A DNA stretch of 64,000 nt, taken from positions 224,001-288,000 of the forward strand of contig JBPOGI010000004.1 in the NCBI GenBank assembly GCA_051251855.1, read 5' to 3'. Position numbers and translations under genes: made by a program. Positions 53,313 through 62,656 of the stretch are shown piece by piece. The notes beneath the pieces are model-generated. The model did not search any database and had not been told where the DNA came from. It saw nothing but the letters and a program-made list of their open reading frames with translations. How positions within the stretch are numbered: the stretch's first letter is position 1; every line of letters starts with the position of its first letter. Source of the DNA: Roseibacillus sp. (GTDB lineage: Bacteria; Verrucomicrobiota; Verrucomicrobiia; Verrucomicrobiales; Akkermansiaceae).

Positions 53313-54713
53313 ATGCAAACACAAACTCTCATCACCCTTATCACCCTCATGCTCGCCCTTCTTCTTACTTTCGTAGGTTGCAGCCCCACCCAACCCCTCA
53401 CCTCTCAGGAAAAGAACAAACTGGTCGGCGTCTGGCGCTCGGACGGTTACGGCTACCTCGCGGAGGTCACCCCTCAACGCATCCGCCTCTACAGTGAAAA
53501 CGCAAACGGCTCTATCTTGGAAGACGACAGCCCACTCGAATCACTCAAGGGCGAATTCCCCTCCCTCCGCTTTCCCTCTCCCAACATCGTCGAACTCGGA
53601 CGTTCCCCCGACGGCAAACACATCCGCTACCGGCGCATCGACTCCCTTCCTGCTAGCGTTTCCCAGCCCCCGGCCAACACCCCCACCGCCACCTTCGAGG
53701 TCTTCGCCTCCACCCTCGAACAACACTACGCCTTCTTCGACCTTCACGGAGTCAATTGGCAAGAACGAGTCAACCGAACAAGACCTCGCATCCACAACGA
53801 CCTCACCGAAGAAGAACTCTTTGACCTCCTCCTCGGAATGCTGGATGGCATCCAAGACGGTCACCTCGGCATCAAAGCCCATCACCGCAAACAATCCAAA
53901 TACCACCTTCGCGACACCTTCCCCCTTCTTAAGTCCTCATACGCCCAGCAAAGCAAATTCCCCACCATTCGCGACTACACCAATGACTGGAAGAAGAAGG
54001 TCGCCAGCCGCATCGAACCCCAAATCCTCGCCGGCAGCCAACACACCACAGCCCGAGGCCACCTTCGCTGGGGAGTCGTCGATGAAGTCGCTTACCTCAA
54101 CATCGCCCAATTCGGAATGTATGCCCTCATCCCCACCTCAAAAAATGACCTCGCCGCCACCGAAAAAGCGCTCGACCAAATCCTTGTCGACATCAGTTCT
54201 GCGAAAGCACTCGTCATCGACTGCTCCCTCTCCCGAGGCGGCCGCGACGAAGTGGCCCTCGCCATCGCCAATCGCTTCCTCATGGCCAACTCTCCCCCAC
54301 GACTAGCCGCGACCAAGTATCCCGCCGACGCCGCCGATCCCAACCTCACTCCCCTTTATCTCCAGCCTCAGCAGAAGCTCACCTTCCAAGGCCCCATCAT
54401 CTTGGTCACCTCCGATCACACCGTCAGCGCCGCCGAAATTTTCACTCTCGCGATGCGCGCCATCCCTCGCGTCACTCATGTGGGAAGACCTACCAACGGC
54501 TCCCTCTCTGACATGCTCGAAAAGCCCCTTCCCAACGACTGGACCCTCGCTCTCTCCAACGAAATCTACCTCGACCCCACCGGAAAGAACTACGAAAGAA
54601 TCGGAATCACCCCCGATCAAATGAGACCCATTTTCCACTCAGACGCCCTCATCGAAAGTCATTCCCATTCGATTCAGACCATCATGGCCGAACTCCGTGT
54701 AAGAGCGCGCTAA
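53313..54713 (+). CDS. S41 family peptidase lipoprotein
   Basis: Lipobox FVGC; GVWRSDGYG, HYAFFDLHGVNW, DGH, LVID....GG, TVSAAEIF, G.PTNGSLSD, GITPD. Confidence 0.88.
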   Translation: MQTQTLITLITLMLALLLTFVGCSPTQPLTSQEKNKLVGVWRSDGYGYLAEVTPQRIRLYSENANGSILEDDSPLESLKGEFPSLRFPSPNIVELGRSPDGKHIRYRRIDSLPASVSQPPANTPTATFEVFASTLEQHYAFFDLHGVNWQERVNRTRPRIHNDLTEEELFDLLLGMLDGIQDGHLGIKAHHRKQSKYHLRDTFPLLKSSYAQQSKFPTIRDYTNDWKKKVASRIEPQILAGSQHTTARGHLRWGVVDEVAYLNIAQFGMYALIPTSKNDLAATEKALDQILVDISSAKALVIDCSLSRGGRDEVALAIANRFLMANSPPRLAATKYPADAADPNLTPLYLQPQQKLTFQGPIILVTSDHTVSAAEIFTLAMRAIPRVTHVGRPTNGSLSDMLEKPLPNDWTLALSNEIYLDPTGKNYERIGITPDQMRPIFHSDALIESHSHSIQTIMAELRVRAR

Positions 54714-54733
54714 AGAATCGGTAGAAAGTAAGC

Positions 54734-54774
54734 GGTAGGGATGTCTCCGGTAGGGATGTCTCGCCGAGGCATCC
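54734..54774 (+). repeat. GTAG-type REP-like palindrome preceded by a partial direct duplicate
   Basis: GGTAGGGATGTCTC occurs twice; the second copy continues as GTAG-GGATGTCTCG-C-CGAGGCATCC; lies between convergent genes. Confidence 0.65.
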
Positions 54775-54835
54775 GCCACCCAACCCAAGCGAACGCTCAG
54801 ACAAGGCCTACGTGCCATCAGACGACGCAGACAAA

Positions 54836-55825
54836 TCAACCCACCTTCACCGTCACGCCATCGCCATCACGAACCGTTCCCAGCGCCACCCCCCCCGGCC
54901 CAGCCGAAAGAACCCTATCCACATCTTCCGGTGCCACAATCGCGACCCAGCCGATGCCCATGTTGAAGGTGTGGAAACGATCTTCGGCATCCACACTTTC
55001 GAGTACCTTTTGGCACACCGCATTGTCCCAATGAGGAATGGTCAGGTCCGCTCCCTTACCTTGGAACAAACGCTCCAAGTTCTCAGGTAAACCACCACCC
55101 GTAATGTGGGCATAAGCCTTCGGAGTCACCCCCGCTTCGCGAATCTCTTTCACGACATCATGGTAAAGACGAGTCGGAGCCAACATCGCCTTTTCTTCCT
55201 CTTCAGAAAATTCTCCCGGACGTGAAGCCAAAACGCGACGCACCAAACTAAATCCGTTGGCATGAAAACTATCCGAGTGAAAGCCCACCAAAACGTCGCC
55301 ATTTTGAACCGTGGTCGGATCAATCAAGTCCGGCTTTTCGACTGCACCGATGCAGAAGCCCGAAAGCTCCACCACATCCTCCGGCACGATTCCCGGCATT
55401 TCCGCCGTTTCGCCACCTGCCAAAATACAACCACAGGACTCCAAGTAGTCGCACATCCCCGCAATCAGACGCACCAGCTTCGCTTCATCCAGCTTCGCAA
55501 TCCCGAGATAATCTAAGAACATCAGCGGGTCTCCGCCCGTGGTAATAATATCGTTCACCGACATCGCCACCAGGTCCTTACCGGCCACTTCCAGCATGTC
55601 GTGCTTCAGGAGGAGCTCCAACTTGGTCCCCACTCCATCACAACCCGTCACCAGAACGGGCGCCTTGTAATCGCTCAAATCGTAGAGAGCCGCAAAAAGC
55701 CCGAAAGCCCCAAACAGCTGACGCTGCTGCTGGGTTCTCTTCACGTGGGCACCAATATCGCCCACGAAAGCTGCTGCCCTGCGCGTATCTACGCCCGAAT
55801 CCTTGTAGGTCAATTCACCGCTCAT
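54836..55825 (-). CDS. purM: Phosphoribosylformylglycinamidine cyclo-ligase
   Basis: YKDSGVD, DGVGTK, DLVAMSVND, GGETAEMPG, HITGGGLPEN, TFNMGIG; ATG 55825. Confidence 0.95.
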   Translation of the reverse strand: MSGELTYKDSGVDTRRAAAFVGDIGAHVKRTQQQRQLFGAFGLFAALYDLSDYKAPVLVTGCDGVGTKLELLLKHDMLEVAGKDLVAMSVNDIITTGGDPLMFLDYLGIAKLDEAKLVRLIAGMCDYLESCGCILAGGETAEMPGIVPEDVVELSGFCIGAVEKPDLIDPTTVQNGDVLVGFHSDSFHANGFSLVRRVLASRPGEFSEEEEKAMLAPTRLYHDVVKEIREAGVTPKAYAHITGGGLPENLERLFQGKGADLTIPHWDNAVCQKVLESVDAEDRFHTFNMGIGWVAIVAPEDVDRVLSAGPGGVALGTVRDGDGVTVKVG

Positions 55826-55926
55826 CAAGACCGGCAGCATGGAAACCGAATCTCGCCCTGTCACCCCTTTTTCGCAACCAATCGTGGTCGCAGAGCGAAA
55901 AAAGCGCCCAACTCTCAAAAGAAAGG

Positions 55927-57090
55927 CTACCGCCAAGTAATCTTCGCCTCTCTCGTCTCGGTATTCACCCAAACGCTCGCCCGCTCATATTCGCGGGTGA
56001 ACTCCCAGCCCTCCGGCGAAGTGCGCTCGTAAGCCCCCTTCGGAGGACCCAGTGGCTTCCGCAACTCCGGATAATCCACCAACGCGCCACTCGCCAACTT
56101 CCAACCCCAGCTATACATGAAATAAGAATAAGGCTGAGCCCCAATCAAGTAGCAGGCATGGGAAAACTCCAGCTTCTCCTTGGAGAGCTTGGGCATATTC
56201 GGCTTCAAATTGGCCCGCCAAGTGCCCTCCACCCCGAGACGGAATACCGAAATTTTTCCATCCTTCGCCATTCTCAGCATATCCTCCCACGCTGCCAACA
56301 GGTTCTCCTTGCTCGACCTCTGGCGCGCGTAGTTCTCAAACATGATGGCATCGCTCACCTCGTAAACAAGCTGGTCCGAATCATTGTAAGCATTGTTCGC
56401 GAGAAGAATCTTATCCTCCCCCAGCTCCTCTTTGAGGGACGCCATCATCTCACCCATCGCCACCCGAATTTCCTCACGCTTATCTTTACGGTAATCCACA
56501 TTGCCATGCATCTGATCGATAAAGGCCCCATCACAACCCGAGTCGCGAACCCCTTTCGCCACCGTCTCCACCCACCATTTACGGAAAAAAGGATTCAAGA
56601 CATCGTAACAGAAAGCTCCATAGCGCGTCGCCAACTTCCCGGTCTTATGATGAGTCACCAGCGTCTCCTTCAGCTTGGGATTCTTCTTCAACCCCACCTT
56701 CGTAAAAATTTCATTATAGCTCGTATAAGGCCAAGCATAAGCCGCATTGAAATAGAAGAGCACCTTCGCCTTAGGATTCACCTTCTTGAACGCCGCCGCC
56801 TCATGCTTTGCCCCCAATTCGGCAGCCCCCAACTTCCCCAAGCCATGGGACTTCTCAATACAAAGAAACCCCGTCTGCTCGGAAATAAATTGAACCTGCT
56901 TCTGAGACAACAAGCGGTTCTTGTCACCGAACATAAAGTAACGCGGCGTCACCTCCCAACTGAACTCCGGATAAAAGTCCTGCGGCACAAACTGGCTTCC
57001 ATCGCTCACGCGCAATGACGACTCCTCCCCTTGCAGCGGAGCAAGCAAAACCAGAACAAGCGATAGCAAAAGCAGTTTCGAAAAATTCAA
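55927..57090 (-). CDS. Secreted putative glycoside hydrolase (GHL15/GH168 endo-fucanase-like)
   Basis: Signal peptide from TTG 57090; FYPEFSWEVTP, FLCIEKSHG, VLFYFN, WWVETV, DGAFIDQ, IMFEN, LGPPKG, FTREYERASVWVN. Confidence 0.65.
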   Translation of the reverse strand: MNFSKLLLLSLVLVLLAPLQGEESSLRVSDGSQFVPQDFYPEFSWEVTPRYFMFGDKNRLLSQKQVQFISEQTGFLCIEKSHGLGKLGAAELGAKHEAAAFKKVNPKAKVLFYFNAAYAWPYTSYNEIFTKVGLKKNPKLKETLVTHHKTGKLATRYGAFCYDVLNPFFRKWWVETVAKGVRDSGCDGAFIDQMHGNVDYRKDKREEIRVAMGEMMASLKEELGEDKILLANNAYNDSDQLVYEVSDAIMFENYARQRSSKENLLAAWEDMLRMAKDGKISVFRLGVEGTWRANLKPNMPKLSKEKLEFSHACYLIGAQPYSYFMYSWGWKLASGALVDYPELRKPLGPPKGAYERTSPEGWEFTREYERASVWVNTETREAKITWR

Positions 57091-57155
57091 GACAGCCCCA
57101 ATACGATCTTCCCGCGTTCTTCTTTCCCTAAAAGAAAAAACCTCCCCCCTCCACA

Positions 57156-57824
57156 TCAAAGAATGCCCCGCTTTTTCGCCTCGAGAATCGCGCTCCGTTG
57201 CGATTGCACATGCAGCTTTTTATACAAGTTTCCGCAGTGGAAATTCACAGTGGCGGTGCTAATCCCCAGCTTGTCGGCAATCTCCTTTCCATAGAGACCC
57301 TCCGCCAGATGGTTCAGCACTTCGAACTCACGATCAGTCAAACCATGGTCAGAACTCTTCGACTTCTTCTCCTGAAAGGTTCCCAGCATCATACGAGCAA
57401 TGGCACCGTCCAGACTCGATTCACCCCGCGCAAGCTTACGACAGGCTTCCTCAATCTCATCAATAGCCGCGTTCTTGAGCAAATAACCCGAAGCTCCTGC
57501 CGCAATCGCCTCAAAAACCTTCTCGCGTTCATTGCTCACCGTTAAAACAAGCGCCTCGATTTCCGGGCACTTGCGTTTGAACTCAGTAATCCCCTTCGAG
57601 CCACTCATCCCCGGCAACCCGAGGTCAATCAAAAGCACCTGAGGAGGAGGGCAGGCCTCAAGGGCCTCGAGAGCATCTTCACAATTTGAGAAATTACCCG
57701 TGCAATGCAGGTCTTCGGGTTCACTCAAATACTTCACCAAATAACGGCGCAAGCGCGCATTATCTTCCACGATCCAAATGCGAGTGATGTTATCGAAAAT
57801 AGGCTCTTCGTTTTGTTCTGACAT
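57156..57824 (-). CDS. NarL/LuxR family response regulator
   Basis: IWIVEDN, LLIDLGLPG, GASGYLLK, LTDREFEVL...NLYKKL. Confidence 0.93.
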   Translation of the reverse strand: MSEQNEEPIFDNITRIWIVEDNARLRRYLVKYLSEPEDLHCTGNFSNCEDALEALEACPPPQVLLIDLGLPGMSGSKGITEFKRKCPEIEALVLTVSNEREKVFEAIAAGASGYLLKNAAIDEIEEACRKLARGESSLDGAIARMMLGTFQEKKSKSSDHGLTDREFEVLNHLAEGLYGKEIADKLGISTATVNFHCGNLYKKLHVQSQRSAILEAKKRGIL

Positions 57825-57827
57825 GGC

Positions 57828-60440
57828 TTACTTAGCAGATTGAATTCTTGTAGTGAAGTGAACGGTAGTTCCTACCGAAGGTTTGCTTGAGATAATCAAC
57901 TCCCCACCAAGCTGCTCGGCACGGTCTCTCATACTTTGCAAACCAATGCTCTCTCGAACAGTCTCGGTCGAAAAACCACGACCATCATCAGCAACTCGAA
58001 TCGAAAGCTCACCCCCAACCACCTCCATCGTCACCGTGATCGTGTTCGCCTCGGCATGCTTCTGACAATTGTGAATGGCCTCCGTAAAAAGCAAAAAGAG
58101 ATTCCTCTTAAAGACACTAGAAATGGGTAACACCGGCACCCCCTTGGGAGAATCCATCACCAGCTTACAATCATGCACCATCTGCTCCGCCCTCATTTGC
58201 ATGTAGGTGAAGGCCTTGTCGAGAGTCAGAATACTCTTATCAGTGAGCCAAATCACTTCCCGCAAAGACGAAGTCGCCTCCCGAGCACTGCGATTCACAT
58301 CCGCAAGCTCCTCCCGAAATTCCGCAGGCAAATCGGCACGCATCAGATGGCTCGTCACCAACGACACCGTGCCAAGATTGCTTCCAATCTCGTCGTGCAA
58401 ATCTTGCTGAATTCGACGACGAACTCTCAGGTTCTCTGCTCGATTTTTTCGCTTTTGCCAAAAGAGAACCCCGCTAAAGAGAGCCACCAAAAACCCTCCA
58501 CCGCCCACCGCCAAGAGCCGAAAAGTTCTCTGCTTGGCACTTCGCAGCTCGACCATAGCCGCTTCTACCTCAGCCAGCTCAGCAGTCACGACATCCCGCC
58601 GAATCAGCCGAATGATCCAAGGGAGCTGCTCGCCCACGCGGTAGCCATTGGCATGATCATCAATAAAAGACCTAGCCTCCACCGTGGCAGGAAATCCTCG
58701 CAGCGAAATCTCTGCTTCGCCAAGTCTCTGAGCTTCGTTCGCCCGAATCTCGGCAAGACCGAAGAGAGCCTTCTCATCTCTTGCGAAAAGACCCCCAAAT
58801 CTCAAACGAATAAAACTCGCCTCAACGGCCTCAAAGCGAATGCTCAAGGGATTCCCTCCCACCGGAACAGATTGCAACGACTCGGTGGCGTCAATAGCAC
58901 GAATCACCTCCGAAAACTCCGGATCATTCGCAAACTCAATCGTCAGCTCACGCGGGAACGACTGCGAAGGAAGCTCAAAATTTTCAGAATCTACTAAAGG
59001 ATAAAGCTGAATACTCCAAAGCGACTGCTCCTTTGGCAAGGCCAAGACAATCTGCGGTTCAGCCAAGAACCCTACCCCAAATAAAATCGGCTTTTCCGGC
59101 AATCCCGCCGTCTTCTCCATAAAGGTCGGCCCCAGAGAGGTTTTGCCATCTGTCAGATACTCGAGACTCCAAAAGGGCTTGGCAACAACACTGTCCCCCT
59201 CCGAAATTTCAACCCTGGTTTGAATCTGTTCTTCATGCACTGGCCGATAGAGAAACAGCTCCTCCAAAGCAAAAAAATGGCCCTCCTCATTCCCCTCTCC
59301 TCGCACCACCTTGAACTCGATAGAATCATACCTCTGCCAAGGGAACGAGAAAACCACCGGAGTGGTATTCCGCAATGAAAAGTCCTCGCTCCTCCAATCT
59401 GCAATCACCAGCTCGCCTTCGCCATTGGGCAACTGAGCTACAATCGAGAAACGCTTGGGAAAGGCAAATGGTTTCACCGAATCTCCCTCAGCCACCAACG
59501 CCGGAACCAAACAAATCGCTGTAGCAACTCCATCAACTGGCAAAGTGAGAGACCAGAACTCTCCTTCCGGCTTCACACTGCTATGAAAACCAAAAGAGTC
59601 TCCCCCAAACCTTCTCCTCGCCGTCGGCAACTTCTCCAATTCTCGGCGCAAGATTCCGTCAATCGCCTGCAAGCGTTCCAATTGTCTTTGGCTCGTGAAA
59701 GGGTTCACCCACTTCGACTCTCGCGCAGGTTCCTTCCACTCCATTCCCGGCCTCGTTGGAGAATTCAGCCGACGGTGTAAAAGAGTGAGCGAAGACATCC
59801 CCAACACGGTCTCAGAAAGCGCCTTTTCACTCCCCGCCACCAACATCGGCGGCACGCTCCCCGGCAAACTCACCAAATCACCACCAACGAGAAAATTGTG
59901 ATTCTCCCCATCCAGAGGATTGCGGCCATTGAGACCCACCCACACCACATCTCCCACCTGCAACCCATCGAGCTCATCAATCCCAAATCGATAGAGACGC
60001 CCCTCTTCCAACTCTCCTTCCGCTATCGAACCCAGCATTCGCTTCGCGGGAACCTCTGCCGCTCCTTGCGCCGAATCCGCATTTCTCTGCAATAGAAGCA
60101 CATCAACCGGCAAAACCTTCTTTGCATCCCCCTCATGAAGACTGGGAATGGTAAACATAAACTGAGCCGCTCCCTCTTTACTAAACTCATCGAGAAACTC
60201 CTCGTTGATACGAAATGCAAAGAGAACCGCCCCTTCGATTTGCGACTTCGAGCGGATACTCCCCACCAAATAGTCATTGAGACGAAATTCCTCATCCCAA
60301 GCATCACGCCCAAAGACCGCATCTACTGACTCAGGACCAATCAAGCGCCCGCTGAGAACCGGATCCGCTTCCAGAATTTCCACCGCCCCCAGCCCCCTAA
60401 TCATGAGCAAAAGGAGGATGTGATGGAGGCAACGCAACAT
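57828..60440 (-). CDS. Sensor histidine kinase (HisKA_3) with large extracytoplasmic region
   Basis: Signal peptide, one TM helix, IQQDLHDEIGSNL, EAIHNCQKHA, DDGRGF, IGLQSMRDRA. Confidence 0.9.
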   Translation of the reverse strand: MLRCLHHILLLLMIRGLGAVEILEADPVLSGRLIGPESVDAVFGRDAWDEEFRLNDYLVGSIRSKSQIEGAVLFAFRINEEFLDEFSKEGAAQFMFTIPSLHEGDAKKVLPVDVLLLQRNADSAQGAAEVPAKRMLGSIAEGELEEGRLYRFGIDELDGLQVGDVVWVGLNGRNPLDGENHNFLVGGDLVSLPGSVPPMLVAGSEKALSETVLGMSSLTLLHRRLNSPTRPGMEWKEPARESKWVNPFTSQRQLERLQAIDGILRRELEKLPTARRRFGGDSFGFHSSVKPEGEFWSLTLPVDGVATAICLVPALVAEGDSVKPFAFPKRFSIVAQLPNGEGELVIADWRSEDFSLRNTTPVVFSFPWQRYDSIEFKVVRGEGNEEGHFFALEELFLYRPVHEEQIQTRVEISEGDSVVAKPFWSLEYLTDGKTSLGPTFMEKTAGLPEKPILFGVGFLAEPQIVLALPKEQSLWSIQLYPLVDSENFELPSQSFPRELTIEFANDPEFSEVIRAIDATESLQSVPVGGNPLSIRFEAVEASFIRLRFGGLFARDEKALFGLAEIRANEAQRLGEAEISLRGFPATVEARSFIDDHANGYRVGEQLPWIIRLIRRDVVTAELAEVEAAMVELRSAKQRTFRLLAVGGGGFLVALFSGVLFWQKRKNRAENLRVRRRIQQDLHDEIGSNLGTVSLVTSHLMRADLPAEFREELADVNRSAREATSSLREVIWLTDKSILTLDKAFTYMQMRAEQMVHDCKLVMDSPKGVPVLPISSVFKRNLFLLFTEAIHNCQKHAEANTITVTMEVVGGELSIRVADDGRGFSTETVRESIGLQSMRDRAEQLGGELIISSKPSVGTTVHFTTRIQSAK

Positions 60441-60617
60441 TGTTTTCTTAAGTTTTGGCTGGCTAAGTCAGAACAACTAGACGGAAGATCCGTTGGAAAT
60501 GGTCTGGGCACTCATCTTCAAGGGCCAAGAGTCCCAGCGACGAAGGTTTCCGTCAACCTACAACAATCACTAGGTAGACATCCGCCTCATTCGATAAGTA
60601 AGCTATCCCAATCATCC

Positions 60618-62234
60618 ATGAAAAATTCGTTCGGTAAACTCCTTCCACTTCTTGGCATCCTTTCGCTTTCTGCTCAAGCAGACGTTCTTGAGTTACAAAT
60701 GTTGGAAAGCGAGTTCTGGTGGGGAGGATTGAGCGCTGTTGGCTACGAAACTCCCTACGATTCTTCTGCTCAGGTCACCCACGACATGTGGGCGGACAAC
60801 AAAGGCAATCAAGCGCAGCCTATTCTCCTTTCTAACAAAGGACGCTATGTCTGGAGCGAGCAACCGATCAGCTACCAGTTTGACAATGGCACAATCAAGG
60901 TTAGCACTCGATCCGGAGAAATTCTCACAGGCACGAAAGGCACGAACCTCGCCGAGGTCTACCAACATGTTTCCACTAAGTATTTCCCTTCCAATGGAAA
61001 AATCCCCGACAAGCAATTATTCACTCATCCCCAATACAACACCTGGATTGAATTGATGTATGATCAGAACGAAGAGGACATCCTCAAATACGCTCAGGCC
61101 ATCATCGACAACGGCTACCCCCCAGGCGTGATCATGATTGATGACAACTGGCAGGAAAACTACGGCATTTGGGAATTCTCCCCTCGTCGATTCAATGACC
61201 CCAAAGCCATGATCGAAAAGCTCCACGGCATGGGCTTTCAAGTCATGCTCTGGGTCTGCCCTTTTGTGAGTGCAGACTCCGTCGTCTTCCGCCAACTCGC
61301 CGAAGACGGACTTCTCATCCTAGACCCGCAAAAAACACAGGACATCCTCTGGGCCAACACCAGAAACAGGGCCGCCATCATTCGCTGGTGGAACGGCGCC
61401 AGTGCCTGCCTCGACCTAGGCAATCCCAAAGCACGCGATTGGTTCAAAGCGCAGCTCGACCACCTCGTGGAAGAATACGGAGTCGACGGCTTTAAGTTCG
61501 ATGCCGGAGATGCCGATTTTTACGACAATGGCGTTGTGTCTATCAACTCCGAGGCCACTCCTAATGACCACAGCGCCTTCTTCGCCGAACTCGGTCTCCA
61601 CTACCCCTTGAACGAATATCGCGCTTCTTGGAAAATGGCCGGCCTCCCTTTGGCACAGCGACTCCGCGACAAAGGGCACGAGTGGGGCGACCTCGCCAAA
61701 CTCATTCCTGACCTCCTCTCGCAAAGTGTGATGGGCTACGCCTACACCTGCCCCGACATGATCGGAGGTGGCGAGTATCGCTCTTTCCTCAGCACCGACA
61801 AAATCGACGAAGAGCTCGTCGTTCGCTCTGCACAAGTCCACGCCCTCATGCCCATGATGCAATTCTCAGTGGCCCCGTGGCGAATTCTCTCACCAGAGAA
61901 CAACCAGATTTGCCTAGAAATGGCCAATCTTCACCTCGCCATGGGAGAACACATCCTCGAACTCGCTCACCAAGCATCCAAGACCGGCGAGCCCATCGTC
62001 AAACCCATGGCCATGGCCTTCCCCGACGCTGGCTACGAAACCATCAAAGACCAATTCGTACTCGGCAAGTCCATTATCGTAGCCCCAGTTGTTAAAAACG
62101 GTGCCCGCCAGCGCAATGTCATCCTGCCCGAGGGCGAGTGGAAAGCCGAGAACGGTCAAACCTACCAAGGGGGCCAGACCATCGAAATCAAAGTTCCCCT
62201 CGAACGTCTCCCCTATTTCACTCGTTCTCAGTAA
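60618..62234 (+). CDS. Glycoside hydrolase family 31
   Basis: Signal peptide from ATG 60618; PQYNTW, MIDDNWQ, GVDGFKFDAG (nucleophile), CPDMIGG (acid/base), MQFSVAPW, DQFVLG..IIVAPV. Confidence 0.92.
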   Translation: MKNSFGKLLPLLGILSLSAQADVLELQMLESEFWWGGLSAVGYETPYDSSAQVTHDMWADNKGNQAQPILLSNKGRYVWSEQPISYQFDNGTIKVSTRSGEILTGTKGTNLAEVYQHVSTKYFPSNGKIPDKQLFTHPQYNTWIELMYDQNEEDILKYAQAIIDNGYPPGVIMIDDNWQENYGIWEFSPRRFNDPKAMIEKLHGMGFQVMLWVCPFVSADSVVFRQLAEDGLLILDPQKTQDILWANTRNRAAIIRWWNGASACLDLGNPKARDWFKAQLDHLVEEYGVDGFKFDAGDADFYDNGVVSINSEATPNDHSAFFAELGLHYPLNEYRASWKMAGLPLAQRLRDKGHEWGDLAKLIPDLLSQSVMGYAYTCPDMIGGGEYRSFLSTDKIDEELVVRSAQVHALMPMMQFSVAPWRILSPENNQICLEMANLHLAMGEHILELAHQASKTGEPIVKPMAMAFPDAGYETIKDQFVLGKSIIVAPVVKNGARQRNVILPEGEWKAENGQTYQGGQTIEIKVPLERLPYFTRSQ

Positions 62235-62241
62235 CCCCAGC

Positions 62242-62262
62242 GGACCGCGAGCTTCAGCTCGC
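62242..62262. repeat. Short REP-like hairpin
   Basis: GGACC-GCGAGC-TTCA-GCTCGC just after the GH31 stop; no U-tract. Confidence 0.5.
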
Positions 62263-62322
62263 CTCACAGCCAAAGCCACAAGCTCCAGCGCACCTCGTCC
62301 AACCCGCTCACAAGGGCTGGCA

Positions 62323-62484
62323 TCAAGGGGCATTTAATTGCGAAAGCTTCAACTGGTGGGTGAAGAGCTTCTTACCCTCGGAATTGATGGCAGACAGTTG
62401 GACACTTCCTGAGGACCAATCAATCTCGATCAGTCCGGCATTAATTTCCCAGCTGACTTCTCCAATTCGATGAGGATTGGAAGC
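62323..62484 (-). pseudogene. Probable 3' remnant of a PhoD-type alkaline phosphatase gene
   Basis: Manual translation ASNPHRIGEVSWEINAGLIEIDWSSGSVQLSAINSEGKKLFTHQLKLSQLNAP*; in-frame stop immediately upstream; no start codon. Confidence 0.45.
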
Positions 62485-62656
62485 TTACTTTGCCCCCCGC
62501 TAGGCAGGCTCCCCATCAAGAAGAGACCGAACAGAAAAAATAAGAGAGCTGACTTCACTTTCAACAACCTCCACGAATGCTGAGCGCAACACCACGAAAA
62601 TTTATTGATAGAATTTGGAAGTAAGGTTGACCCCTCGAAAGTTTAGGGGAGCCTCG

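Noticed and set aside
45805..54835. Genomic island inserted between purM and purF
   Set aside because: No integrase, tRNA or boundary repeats, and the gene order differs from the usual purF-purM, so ancestral adjacency cannot be supported from this window.
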